From an uncultured Erysipelotrichaceae bacterium (lineage in GTDB: Bacteria; Bacillota_I; Bacilli_A; RFN20; CAG-826), in NCBI GenBank assembly GCA_902773005.1, contig CACYCS010000174.1:5522-69521 (forward strand): DNA of 64,000 bases, written 5' to 3'. The position numbers were made by a program, and so were the translations under genes. Shown here in pieces: positions 1 to 8,404 of this stretch (the first letter of the stretch is position 1; every line of letters starts with the position of its first letter). The notes beneath the pieces are model-generated. The model worked only from the letters and a program-made list of their open reading frames with translations. It was not told the origin of the DNA and made no database searches.

Positions 1-1802
1 TTCTGGAGGCTATCCTGCGGGACGAAATCATTTCCGATTGCCTTGAGAACGACCTTTCCTTTGTAGCCAAGCTCCATGAGGATGCCCGAAAGCTCGCGGG
101 CAAATCCTTCAATCGTCGAATATGGGTCATAGACGAACACCGTCTCGTAGCCGAGCAATTTCTCCGCCTCTTCGCGAAGCACAGGGACGAGATACACGGG
201 GTCAATCACATCGACGTCGAGCCCATTTTCATCGACCATTGCTGCTAATTTGCGACCTAACTGCCCTACTGCAAGAAGCGCGGTCTTGCCACTTCCTTCG
301 CGGAGTTTCAGGAAGCGTCCGAACTCAAGTGGGACGATTGGATCGGCTTCGTCCTCGGCGACCATCTCGCGTGAATAGCGGATTGCGAAAACGCCGTGAT
401 GGCCAAGGCTTTGCTCATAGAGCGTGTGGGCGATCGATTTGGTCGAAGGCATCGCCAAGGTGACGCCAGGAATGGATTTTAGATAGGCGGCATCGTAGAT
501 TCCTTGGTGGGTGTCGCCGTTTTTGCCGACCATGCCTGCGCGATCGACGAGGATCGTCATGTCGATCTTCATGCGGGCGCAGTCATGGCTGATTTCATCA
601 TATGCGCGTTGGAGGAAGGTCGAATAGATGCTTAGGACCGGATGGAAGCCCTGAAGCGCGATGGCGCCGCTGAAAGTCGCGGCGTGCTCTTCGGCGATTC
701 CGACGTCCATGCAGCGATCGGGGAAGGACTTGAAGCATTCATCGAGTCCACTGCCCTTGAGGGTCGCTGGGGTAATGAGGAAGAGATTCTCGTTGTTCTT
801 GAGGTAATCAAAGGTGAGATTGGCGAAATAATGGCTCCAAGAAATAAAGCCGGGGTGCTGCTTTTTCGGGGATCCGTCGCTGATATTGAAAGGCGTGACG
901 CCATGCCAATAGCCAGTCGTGTCGTTCTCGGCTGGGCCATAGCCCTTTCCTTTGATGGTGCGGACGTGGAAAACTACAGGCTTGTTCGCGTTTTTCGCCC
1001 TCTTCAGGTTCCTTTCGAGCACTTTGAGGTTATGGCCGTCATAGGGACCCATATAGGTGAAGTCCATATTGTCGAACATCGTGACTGGGACGAGCTTGCG
1101 CTTGAAGAAATTCTTCACGCTATAGGAAAAGTTATAGAACTTCTTGAGGATCGTTCCGCGATAGAAGACGCGCTTGTAGCCCCTTTTGAATTTGTTGTAC
1201 GCCCTGCCGCTAGAGATTTTGCGGAAGAACTTGCCCAAGGCGCCAGTGGGCTGGGAGATGGACATGTCGTTGTCATTGAGGACGATGATGACTTTGCGCT
1301 GTCTTGCGGCAAGGTCGTTCAGGGCCTCAAAAGCCAAGCCGTTCACGATGGAAGAATCGCCAATAACGGCGACTATGTCGAACTTTTCGCCTTTAAGGTC
1401 GCGAGCAGTCGCAAAGGCTTCCGCCGCGGAAATCGAAGTCGAGGAATGCCCGGCTTCATATGGATCGTATTCGGATTCGGCCATCTTCTGGAAGCCTGCG
1501 CTATAGCCAGCTTCATTAAGATGATCGAGGGAACGCCCTGTAAGGAGCTTATGGATGTAGCACTGATGTCCAACGTCGAAGATCAACTTGTCTTTCGGAA
1601 AGTCGAACACGCGGTGCAAGGCCACGGTGAGCTCCACCACGCCCAGGTTTGGAGAAAGGTGTCCGCCATAATTCGAAGTCGCGTTCAAAACCTCGGCGCG
1701 GAGATCGTTGCAAAGGACGCGCAAAGACGCATAATCCATCGTTTTTAAGAATGATGGGTCTTTAATGGATTTTATGTCAATTTTCTCGATGGGGCGCGAC
1801 AT
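1..1802 (-). CDS. dxs: 1-deoxy-D-xylulose-5-phosphate synthase (partial, C-terminus beyond left edge)
   Basis: The minus-strand frame is open from ATG 1800-1802 to the window edge. It is absent from the ORF track because it has no stop in the window. My translation: MSRPIEKIDIKSIKDPSFLKTMDYASLRVLCNDLRAEVLNATSNYGGHLSPNLGVVELTVALHRVFDFPKDKLIFDVGHQCYIHKLLTGR...GDSSIVNGLAFEALNDL...VLNDNDMSIS, a canonical DXS N-terminus with a ThDP motif. The plus ORF 642..1748 is its antisense shadow. Confidence 0.85.
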   Translation of the reverse strand, partial: MSRPIEKIDIKSIKDPSFLKTMDYASLRVLCNDLRAEVLNATSNYGGHLSPNLGVVELTVALHRVFDFPKDKLIFDVGHQCYIHKLLTGRSLDHLNEAGYSAGFQKMAESEYDPYEAGHSSTSISAAEAFATARDLKGEKFDIVAVIGDSSIVNGLAFEALNDLAARQRKVIIVLNDNDMSISQPTGALGKFFRKISSGRAYNKFKRGYKRVFYRGTILKKFYNFSYSVKNFFKRKLVPVTMFDNMDFTYMGPYDGHNLKVLERNLKRAKNANKPVVFHVRTIKGKGYGPAENDTTGYWHGVTPFNISDGSPKKQHPGFISWSHYFANLTFDYLKNNENLFLITPATLKGSGLDECFKSFPDRCMDVGIAEEHAATFSGAIALQGFHPVLSIYSTFLQRAYDEISHDCARMKIDMTILVDRAGMVGKNGDTHQGIYDAAYLKSIPGVTLAMPSTKSIAHTLYEQSLGHHGVFAIRYSREMVAEDEADPIVPLEFGRFLKLREGSGKTALLAVGQLGRKLAAMVDENGLDVDVIDPVYLVPVLREEAEKLLGYETVFVYDPYSTIEGFARELSGILMELGYKGKVVLKAIGNDFVPQDSLQ

Positions 1803-1843
1803 ATTTCTACTAACAAACTACTAGTTTTATACCTAATTAATAC

Positions 1844-2047
1844 TTATTGCTTTTCGCCGTCGCGAATCGTTTCGATCTTGATTTTCGCTTCGGAAAGTTC
1901 CTTTTCTAGATCGATGATGAGCTTCTTTCCTTCCTCATAAAGGGCCATAGATTGGTCCAAGGAAAGGGTTTCGGTCTCGATCTTATTTACAATCTCATTG
2001 AGCCTTTGGAGTCTTTGCTCAAAAGGTTTCTTTTCTTCATTGGCCAT
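1844..2047 (-). CDS. xseB: exodeoxyribonuclease VII small subunit
   Basis: Track ORF 1844..2071. I moved the start to MANEEKKPFEQRLQRLNEIVNKIE, which has AAAGGAGG 9 nt upstream. It is a short helical XseB-like protein that overlaps the xseA stop. Confidence 0.85.
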   Translation of the reverse strand: MANEEKKPFEQRLQRLNEIVNKIETETLSLDQSMALYEEGKKLIIDLEKELSEAKIKIETIRDGEKQ

Positions 2048-3257
2048 TGTCCGAGGCCTCCTTTTTCTCAACTCTCGAGGTGATTATACCATCGTTGAAA
2101 CGAGTTTTCATGATTCCGCCCACCGCTACTTGATTTGCCGATTGCACAACCTTCCCGGTTTCGTCTTCGGAAATCGCATATCCGCGCTTCAGAACGGCGT
2201 AGGGATTCAATGCGGCGAGCCTTCCCTTGGAATTGGTCAGGCCATGCTCTGCCGAAGCGATCTTCATATCGATCATCATGTCGAGGCTTTTTGAAATTTT
2301 CGCGATGTCCTCGAGCTTTTTATCATAGATCGCGGCTGGGTTCTCGAAATAGGATCTCTTGCTTAGCAGCGACAACGTCTGGGACAAGTTCCTGATCTTG
2401 CTATCGATCACGGAGTCTAGATGCTCGCTTAAATCGTCTAGGGCTTGCAGCACCTCATTCTGGTCAGGCGTCGCCGCGACGGCGGCTCCTGTGGGCGTGG
2501 AGACGCGCAAATCGGCGACTAGATCGATCAGAGTCACATCGACTTCGTGCCCTACCGCTGCGATGACGGGGCAAGGGAATGCTGCCGCGGCGCGGACCAA
2601 GGCTTCATCGTTAAATGCCCCTAAATCCTCGCTGGAGCCTCCGCCACGGCCGATGATGAGCGTGTCGAGGGATTGAGCCTCCGCCTCTTTCATCGCCCTC
2701 AGGAGGTCTTTTGGCGCCTCTTTCCCTTGGACGAGGCTCGGGAACACGAATACCTCCACGAGCGGCCAGCGGTTCTCGATGTTGACGAGAATGTCGCACA
2801 AACCCGCCGAGGATGCGCCGGCGATGACGCCGATCCTTCTTGGGAAAGTCGCGATGGGACGCTTCCTTCTTTGGTCGAACAAGCCTTCTTTGGCTAGCTT
2901 CTCCTTGAGCTGCTGGAGCCTAAGTAGCTCTGCGCCTAATCCATAGCGTTCCATGTGGTCGACGATGATCTGGTAGGATCCTCTTGCCGGATAGACGCCG
3001 ATGCGGCCATGGACTAGGACCTCGTCGCCGTCTTTTGGAAGGAAAGTGAGCCTAGCGGCGTAGGAATTCCACATCACGGCCGAGATCACGCTCTGGCTGT
3101 CTTTGAGCGAGAAATAGGCGTGGCCGGAGGAATAGACTTTGAAGTTGCTGACCTCCCCACGTAGAAAAATCGAGGATAGACCTTCGTCTTCCTCTAGAGT
3201 GGCTTTTATGATGGCGTTCAGCTCCGATACGCTGACGCAATTGCGCTCATTCAGCAT
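2037..3257 (-). CDS. xseA: exodeoxyribonuclease VII large subunit
   Basis: 406 aa. The N-terminal OB-fold segment VSVSELNAIIKATLEE...IFLRGEVSNFKVYSSGHAYFSLKD is typical of XseA. It lies immediately upstream of xseB. Confidence 0.9.
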   Translation of the reverse strand: MLNERNCVSVSELNAIIKATLEEDEGLSSIFLRGEVSNFKVYSSGHAYFSLKDSQSVISAVMWNSYAARLTFLPKDGDEVLVHGRIGVYPARGSYQIIVDHMERYGLGAELLRLQQLKEKLAKEGLFDQRRKRPIATFPRRIGVIAGASSAGLCDILVNIENRWPLVEVFVFPSLVQGKEAPKDLLRAMKEAEAQSLDTLIIGRGGGSSEDLGAFNDEALVRAAAAFPCPVIAAVGHEVDVTLIDLVADLRVSTPTGAAVAATPDQNEVLQALDDLSEHLDSVIDSKIRNLSQTLSLLSKRSYFENPAAIYDKKLEDIAKISKSLDMMIDMKIASAEHGLTNSKGRLAALNPYAVLKRGYAISEDETGKVVQSANQVAVGGIMKTRFNDGIITSRVEKKEASDNGQ

Positions 3258-3693
3258 TCCTAACGAGCACCTTATCGAGAATCGCGTTGACGAATTTGTA
3301 GTCGGTGTCGGACAAATACGACTTCGAGAGCTTGACGGCGACGTTGATGACGACGCCTTTCTCGACCTCTGGGTCGACGAATAGGTAATGGACGTAGGCC
3401 TGAAGCAAAATGGCCTGTTCGACGCGATTCAGCCTATCGAAGGTCCATTTCCTCATGTTGGCGTTGAAGATCGCGACCGCCTCGTCGTAGTGCTTGATGG
3501 CCATGATGAGGCAGGCTTTCACGAAATAGTCGCACTCCTCATAGGGAAGATCGCAGAGTCCCGACACGATTCCTTCCACGTCGATTTCCTGCTTCATCGA
3601 AAGGTAAGTCAAAAAATCGTAAATTGCGCTCATGGCGACGCTTTGCAGCGCATTGCGCGAAGGCTGCGCGATTTCGATTTCCTCTTCTTCCAT
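3247..3693 (-). CDS. nusB: transcription antitermination factor NusB
   Basis: Track ORF 3247..3747. I moved the start to MEEEEIEI, which has a GGGAGA Shine-Dalgarno upstream. The segments RVEQAILLQAYVHYLF and KFVNAILDKV are NusB-like. Its position upstream of xseA matches Bacillus. Confidence 0.8.
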   Translation of the reverse strand: MEEEEIEIAQPSRNALQSVAMSAIYDFLTYLSMKQEIDVEGIVSGLCDLPYEECDYFVKACLIMAIKHYDEAVAIFNANMRKWTFDRLNRVEQAILLQAYVHYLFVDPEVEKGVVINVAVKLSKSYLSDTDYKFVNAILDKVLVRNAE

Positions 3694-3759
3694 GGTGTCT
3701 CCCTTCTTGGGCTCGCATATATTAGCACAAACGCGCGCGAATTCCACTGCGCGTGTGAT

Positions 3760-4245
3760 TTATTTCGAAAGCCGCTGCTCCTCCGTCAGATATTTCCTCG
3801 CCTTGAAGTACAAAACGATGCCGACCGAGAAGGCGATGACGAACACCGAGTGGATGATCACGGAGAACACCGACCCCTGCCCGAACTCGGTCCAGGCGAG
3901 CAGATAGATGTCGATTCCTAGGTCGATCGCATAGATGACCAAGGCGGCGATGTAGAACGGAAGCTTTCCCTTGGCGGCGTAGACGGTGCACAAAACCGCG
4001 ACCATGAGGATCCCTAGGGATTCCAAAGCCCCGCCATAAGCGAAAGATTCGCCGAGGAAGCCATTGATTATCCTTGCGCTTCCTAGCGTCATGATGCCCG
4101 TCACCTGGGGGTTCCCGAACGGGATGAACGCCCAAAAGGTCGATAGCAATGCCGGAATCATCAGGAACATCGCCATCTTCTGATACGCGACGAGGTATTT
4201 CTCGAATTTTACGGTCGCCTCTTGGCGCTTCTGAAGCTTGCCCAT
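3760..4245 (-). CDS. hypothetical multi-pass membrane protein
   Basis: Track ORF 3760..4314. The likely start is MGKLQKRQ at 4245, which avoids overlap with the upstream gene. It has several hydrophobic helices (MAMFLMIPALLSTFWAFIPF, ILMVAVLCTVYAA, FYIAALVIYAIDLGIDIYLLAW, VFSVIIHSVFVIAFSVGIVLYF). I recognise no family, and the start is uncertain. Confidence 0.5.
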   Translation of the reverse strand: MGKLQKRQEATVKFEKYLVAYQKMAMFLMIPALLSTFWAFIPFGNPQVTGIMTLGSARIINGFLGESFAYGGALESLGILMVAVLCTVYAAKGKLPFYIAALVIYAIDLGIDIYLLAWTEFGQGSVFSVIIHSVFVIAFSVGIVLYFKARKYLTEEQRLSK

Positions 4246-4262
4246 AGTCAAAAAAGAGGGTC

Positions 4263-4598
4263 TTACCCGATCCTCTTCACGTTGATTTTGACGTCGTAAG
4301 GCACCGTATCGCACATCAGGGATATCTCCTGCGCCACTTCCTCTTGGATCTGGCGGCAGACTTTGGTGACCTGGGCGTTCGGGGCGATAACCACGTCGAC
4401 TTTGACGATGGCCTTGCCGGTCTTGTCGAAGCTCACCTTCACGCCGTTATCGACGTTGAAGAGGGCTTTGCGCGACGAAACGTGCGCCCCGCGGACGTTA
4501 TTGACCGCGCTCGAGGCGATGGCTTCCAAGGCATGCCTATGGATGCCCATCGTGCCGAGGCGGCTGTAGTTATTGATCATGATGTATTCGCGTACCAT
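4263..4598 (-). CDS. Asp23/Gls24 family (DUF322) envelope stress protein
   Basis: 111 aa. The pattern GIHRHALEAIASSAVNNVRGAH...VKVDVVIAPNAQVTKVCRQIQEEVAQEI is typical of Asp23. Its position matches yqhY upstream of nusB in Bacillus. Confidence 0.7.
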   Translation of the reverse strand: MVREYIMINNYSRLGTMGIHRHALEAIASSAVNNVRGAHVSSRKALFNVDNGVKVSFDKTGKAIVKVDVVIAPNAQVTKVCRQIQEEVAQEISLMCDTVPYDVKINVKRIG

Positions 4599-4607
4599 GG
4601 CTAAATA

Positions 4608-6584
4608 TTACTTCCCGCCAATGAAATTGGCAACCTTGTCGGCGACTGCGCCAGCCTCAAACCCGAATTCGGGCAGGATTTTGGCATAGGGGCCGGACTC
4701 GCCGAAGGTGTCGACGCCGATGTTGAGCGCGGCGTAGCTTCCCCAGCCTAAGGTCGCGCCCATCTCGAGCGAGACGCGCTTTTCCCTGGGGCAAACGAGG
4801 ATCGAATCGCGGTATTGCTGGCTCTGCGCCTCAAACCTTTCGAGGGAAGGCATGGAGACAACGCTGGCCTTGATGCCTTTCTCGCTCAGGATCTTCGCGG
4901 CGTCAAGAGCAAGGGAAACCTCGCTCCCGGTCGCAAGAATCTCGCAATCGGGGTCCTTCTGTTCCAGCACGAAGTAGGCGCCTAGATCGACCTTTTCGGG
5001 GCTAGAGGCCTCAAGGGTCGGCAGGTTCTGGCGCGACAAGACGATCGCGATCGGGCCGTCGCGGTGATTGAGGGCGACATCATATGCGCCCATTGTCTCC
5101 TTCATGTCGGCCGGGCGGATCACGGTGACGTTCGGGGTGGCGCGCAAAGAAGCGAGCTGCTCGATCGGCTGATGGGTCGGCCCATCTTCTCCGACGGCCA
5201 AGGAATCGTGGGTGAAAATGTAGATCGCGGGCAGCTTTTGCAGCGCAGCCATGCGAAGCGCGGGCTTGCAATAGTCCGCGAAGACGAAGAAGCAAGCGCC
5301 ATAGGCGAGCAACCCGCCATGGAGCAAGATGCCGTTCATCGCGGCGGACATCGCGAATTCGCGAATCCCCCACCGCACGTCCTTTCCAGCGCGGTTGGCG
5401 CGGCTGAATGCGCTCACGCCCTTGACGTCGGTCTTGGTGGAGCCGGCGACGTCCGCCGATCCCCCAAAAGCGAAAGGCAAAGCGGCGTGGATGGCGGCAA
5501 GGCATTTGCCGGAGCAATTGCGGGTCGCGTCTTTCTCCTTGATCTCGACTTTCGACCAGTCTGGACGGCGTCCGCCGAAATCGGAAGAGAAGGCGTCATC
5601 GAACAATTTTGCTTCTTCGGGATGCTTTTGATGGAACTCCTCCATCGCCTTGGCGTGTAAAGCGTGGGCCTTTTGGCCGCGGGCAGCGAAAGTCGAGCGG
5701 AACTCCGCGTAAACCTCTTCGGGCACGGTGAATTCGGGATATTCGTAGCCGTAGCGCTTCTTGGCGAAGGCGCCGTCTTCGGGGCCAAGCGGAGACCCGT
5801 GGGTCTTGCTCGTGCCCTCGAATTGCGAGCCATAGCCGATTTTGGTATGGAGGATGATGAGGGTCGGATAAACGCGGCTCTGCTTCGCCTTTTCGATGGC
5901 TTTGGAGATCGCCTCGACGTCATTTCCGTCCTCGACTTCCAAGACGCGCCAATCGCAAGCAAGGAAGCGCGAGCGCACGTCCTCGGAAAGCGAATCGTCG
6001 GTCGGGCCGTCTAGGGTCGAGCCATTCATGTCATAGAACATGATGAGGCGGTTTAGCTTCAGGTGGCCAGCGAGGGAGATCGCTTCTTGGGAAAGGCCTT
6101 CCTCAAGGCAGCCGTCGCCGCACAAAACATAGGTGTGATGGCGCATAATCTTGTCGCCATCGGGGTAGCTCGCGGCAATGGCTTGCTCGGCCATCGCCAT
6201 GCCAACCGCCTGTCCGATGCCCTGCCCTAGCGGGCCGGCGCCGGCATCGACGCCTGGGGTCACGCCATATTCGGGATGGCCGGGCGTCTTGGAATGGGGC
6301 TGGCGGAAGGACTTCAGGTCGTCGAGCGAAAGGTCATAGCCCGCGAGATGAAGCAAGGAATATAGAAGCGCGGACGCATGCCCTGAGGAGAAGACGAGGC
6401 GATCGCGGTTGATCCAGCCCGGGTCTTTCGGGTCGCTAACGAGGTGCGACCGGAAGAGCGCATACATCGCCGGCGCGGCGTCGAGCGCCATGCCAGGATG
6501 GCCGGAATTCGCCTTGTTGATCTGATCGATAACGAGGCTGCGAATCGCTCCAACACAGAGTTTGTCTATCGGTTTTGTCGCCAT
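4608..6584 (-). CDS. tkt: transketolase
   Basis: 658 aa with motifs NSGHPGMALDAAPAMYAL, GDGCLEEGLSQEA and THDSLAVGEDGPTHQPIEQLASLR. Confidence 0.95.
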   Translation of the reverse strand: MATKPIDKLCVGAIRSLVIDQINKANSGHPGMALDAAPAMYALFRSHLVSDPKDPGWINRDRLVFSSGHASALLYSLLHLAGYDLSLDDLKSFRQPHSKTPGHPEYGVTPGVDAGAGPLGQGIGQAVGMAMAEQAIAASYPDGDKIMRHHTYVLCGDGCLEEGLSQEAISLAGHLKLNRLIMFYDMNGSTLDGPTDDSLSEDVRSRFLACDWRVLEVEDGNDVEAISKAIEKAKQSRVYPTLIILHTKIGYGSQFEGTSKTHGSPLGPEDGAFAKKRYGYEYPEFTVPEEVYAEFRSTFAARGQKAHALHAKAMEEFHQKHPEEAKLFDDAFSSDFGGRRPDWSKVEIKEKDATRNCSGKCLAAIHAALPFAFGGSADVAGSTKTDVKGVSAFSRANRAGKDVRWGIREFAMSAAMNGILLHGGLLAYGACFFVFADYCKPALRMAALQKLPAIYIFTHDSLAVGEDGPTHQPIEQLASLRATPNVTVIRPADMKETMGAYDVALNHRDGPIAIVLSRQNLPTLEASSPEKVDLGAYFVLEQKDPDCEILATGSEVSLALDAAKILSEKGIKASVVSMPSLERFEAQSQQYRDSILVCPREKRVSLEMGATLGWGSYAALNIGVDTFGESGPYAKILPEFGFEAGAVADKVANFIGGK

Positions 6585-6653
6585 TGCACTTATTCCTTTC
6601 TTAGTAGTTGCTTAGTAGATTATTAGTTTTATCAATATACTTTGTATATTGTT

Positions 6654-8387
6654 TTACTCTTCGACGATTTTGACCCCTACTGCATCCAGCTGTTCTTGGT
6701 CAACGGTGGACGGAGCGTGGGACATCGGGTCGGCGGCTTGGAGGTTCTTCGGGAAGGCCTCGACGTCGCGGATGTTGTCGGTGCCCGACATGATCATCGC
6801 GAGGCGGTCCAATCCGAAGGCGATTCCGCCATGCGGCGGAGCGCCATACTGGAAGGCATCGATGAACCAGCCGAACTTCCTCGCCACTTCTTCATCGGAG
6901 AGGCCGAGGAGGTTGAAGATCTTCCACTGGATGTCGTGGTCGTAGATACGGAGGGTTCCGCCGCCAGCCTCGTAGCCGTTGATGATGATATCGTAGGCGT
7001 AGGCAAGCACTTCTTCCGGCTTGGTGTCAAGAAGAGGCAGGTCTTCGTCGCGGGGGCGGGTGAAGGGATGGTGCTCAGCCGTGTAGCGGCCGGGCTCTCC
7101 TTCGACAGGATCGAACATCGGGAAGTCGACAACCCAGAGCAAGTCGTAGGTATTTGGCTTGATGAGGCCGAGCTTTTTGCCATAAAGAGTGCGGAGGGCG
7201 CCCATGCCGAAGTCGATGGCGCGGCGCGATTCGTGGGAGGCGAAGAGCAATAGATCGTCGTCTTTTAGGCCGAGGAACTCAGCCAATTCCTTCTGGGTCG
7301 CTTCGTCCATGAACTTGAGGAACGAGCCGGAGAGGGCGCCGTTTTCGTATTTGAGGGACATCACGCCCTTGAGGCTGAACTTCCTCGCTTCGGCCTGAAG
7401 CTCATCGAGGACTTTCCTCGAGGTTTCGTGGGCGACGCCAGGAACGACGATGCCTTTGACGAAGCAATCGCCCTTGAAGCCCTCGAAGGAGGTCTTCTCC
7501 ATGATGCTCTTGAGGTCGCGGAGGAGGATTTCGTAGCGGGTATCGGGCTTATCGGAGCCATAAATGTCCATGGCATCCCAATATTTCATGCGGCGAAGCG
7601 GCAATTGCACATCCACTCCAATGACCTCTTTGAAGGCCTTGGCGAGGAATCCTTCGTTCAGGGCGAGGATCTGATCCATGTCCATGAACGAGACTTCTTC
7701 GTCGAGCTGGGTGAATTCGGGCTGCCTATCGGCGCGGAGGTCCTCATCGCGGAAGCACTTGGCGACCTGATAGTACCTTTCGATGCCGCCGACCATCAGA
7801 AGCTGCTTCCAAAGCTGCGGCGATTGCGGCAAGGCATAGAAGCATCCGTGATGGAGGCGGGACGGGACGAGGTAATCGCGGGCGCCTTCGGGCGAAGAGA
7901 GGTTCAGAATCGGCGTCTCGACCTCAAGGAAGCCGTTGGCGTCGAAATATTCGTGCCACGCCTTGACGATCTCGGCGCGGACGCGGAGCTTCTTCTGAAG
8001 CGCGGGGCGACGCAAATCTAGATAGCGGTACTGAAGCCTAGTATCTTCGAGCGCATCGGTCTTATCGGCGATGATGAACGGCGGGTTGACCGCTTTGTTG
8101 ACCACGACGAGGCGATGGAGATAGACCTCGATCTCACCAGTTGGGAGATTCGGGTTCGGGACGTCTTTCTTCCTGACGGTTCCAAACGCCTGGATGACGT
8201 ATTCGTTGCGGACGTCCGGGAAATCCTCGGGGTGGTCGCTAACGAGCTGGACGTATCCGCTCTTGTCGCGGAGGTCGATGAACAAAAGCGAGCCGAGGTT
8301 GCGCCTATTCGCGGCCCAGCCGCAGAGGACGACCTCCCTTCCGACGTCGCTAAGGCGGAGATTTCCGCCGAAATCAGTTCTTTCCAT
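6654..8387 (-). CDS. aspS: aspartate--tRNA ligase
   Basis: Track ORF 6654..8438. I moved the start to MERTDFGGNLRLSDVG, 18 nt after the hisS stop. It has an N-terminal OB fold and class II motifs FRDEDLRADRQPEFTQLD and GGGTLRIYD. Confidence 0.93.
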   Translation of the reverse strand: MERTDFGGNLRLSDVGREVVLCGWAANRRNLGSLLFIDLRDKSGYVQLVSDHPEDFPDVRNEYVIQAFGTVRKKDVPNPNLPTGEIEVYLHRLVVVNKAVNPPFIIADKTDALEDTRLQYRYLDLRRPALQKKLRVRAEIVKAWHEYFDANGFLEVETPILNLSSPEGARDYLVPSRLHHGCFYALPQSPQLWKQLLMVGGIERYYQVAKCFRDEDLRADRQPEFTQLDEEVSFMDMDQILALNEGFLAKAFKEVIGVDVQLPLRRMKYWDAMDIYGSDKPDTRYEILLRDLKSIMEKTSFEGFKGDCFVKGIVVPGVAHETSRKVLDELQAEARKFSLKGVMSLKYENGALSGSFLKFMDEATQKELAEFLGLKDDDLLLFASHESRRAIDFGMGALRTLYGKKLGLIKPNTYDLLWVVDFPMFDPVEGEPGRYTAEHHPFTRPRDEDLPLLDTKPEEVLAYAYDIIINGYEAGGGTLRIYDHDIQWKIFNLLGLSDEEVARKFGWFIDAFQYGAPPHGGIAFGLDRLAMIMSGTDNIRDVEAFPKNLQAADPMSHAPSTVDQEQLDAVGVKIVEE

Positions 8388-8404
8388 GGTTTTGATGTGG
8401 TTCC

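Noticed and set aside
642-1748. 368-aa plus-strand ORF
   Set aside because: It is the antisense shadow of dxs. The minus frame translates into a textbook DXS sequence, while the plus frame is Gly/Ala/Glu/Val-rich with no motifs or RBS. Long antisense ORFs are expected at this GC content.
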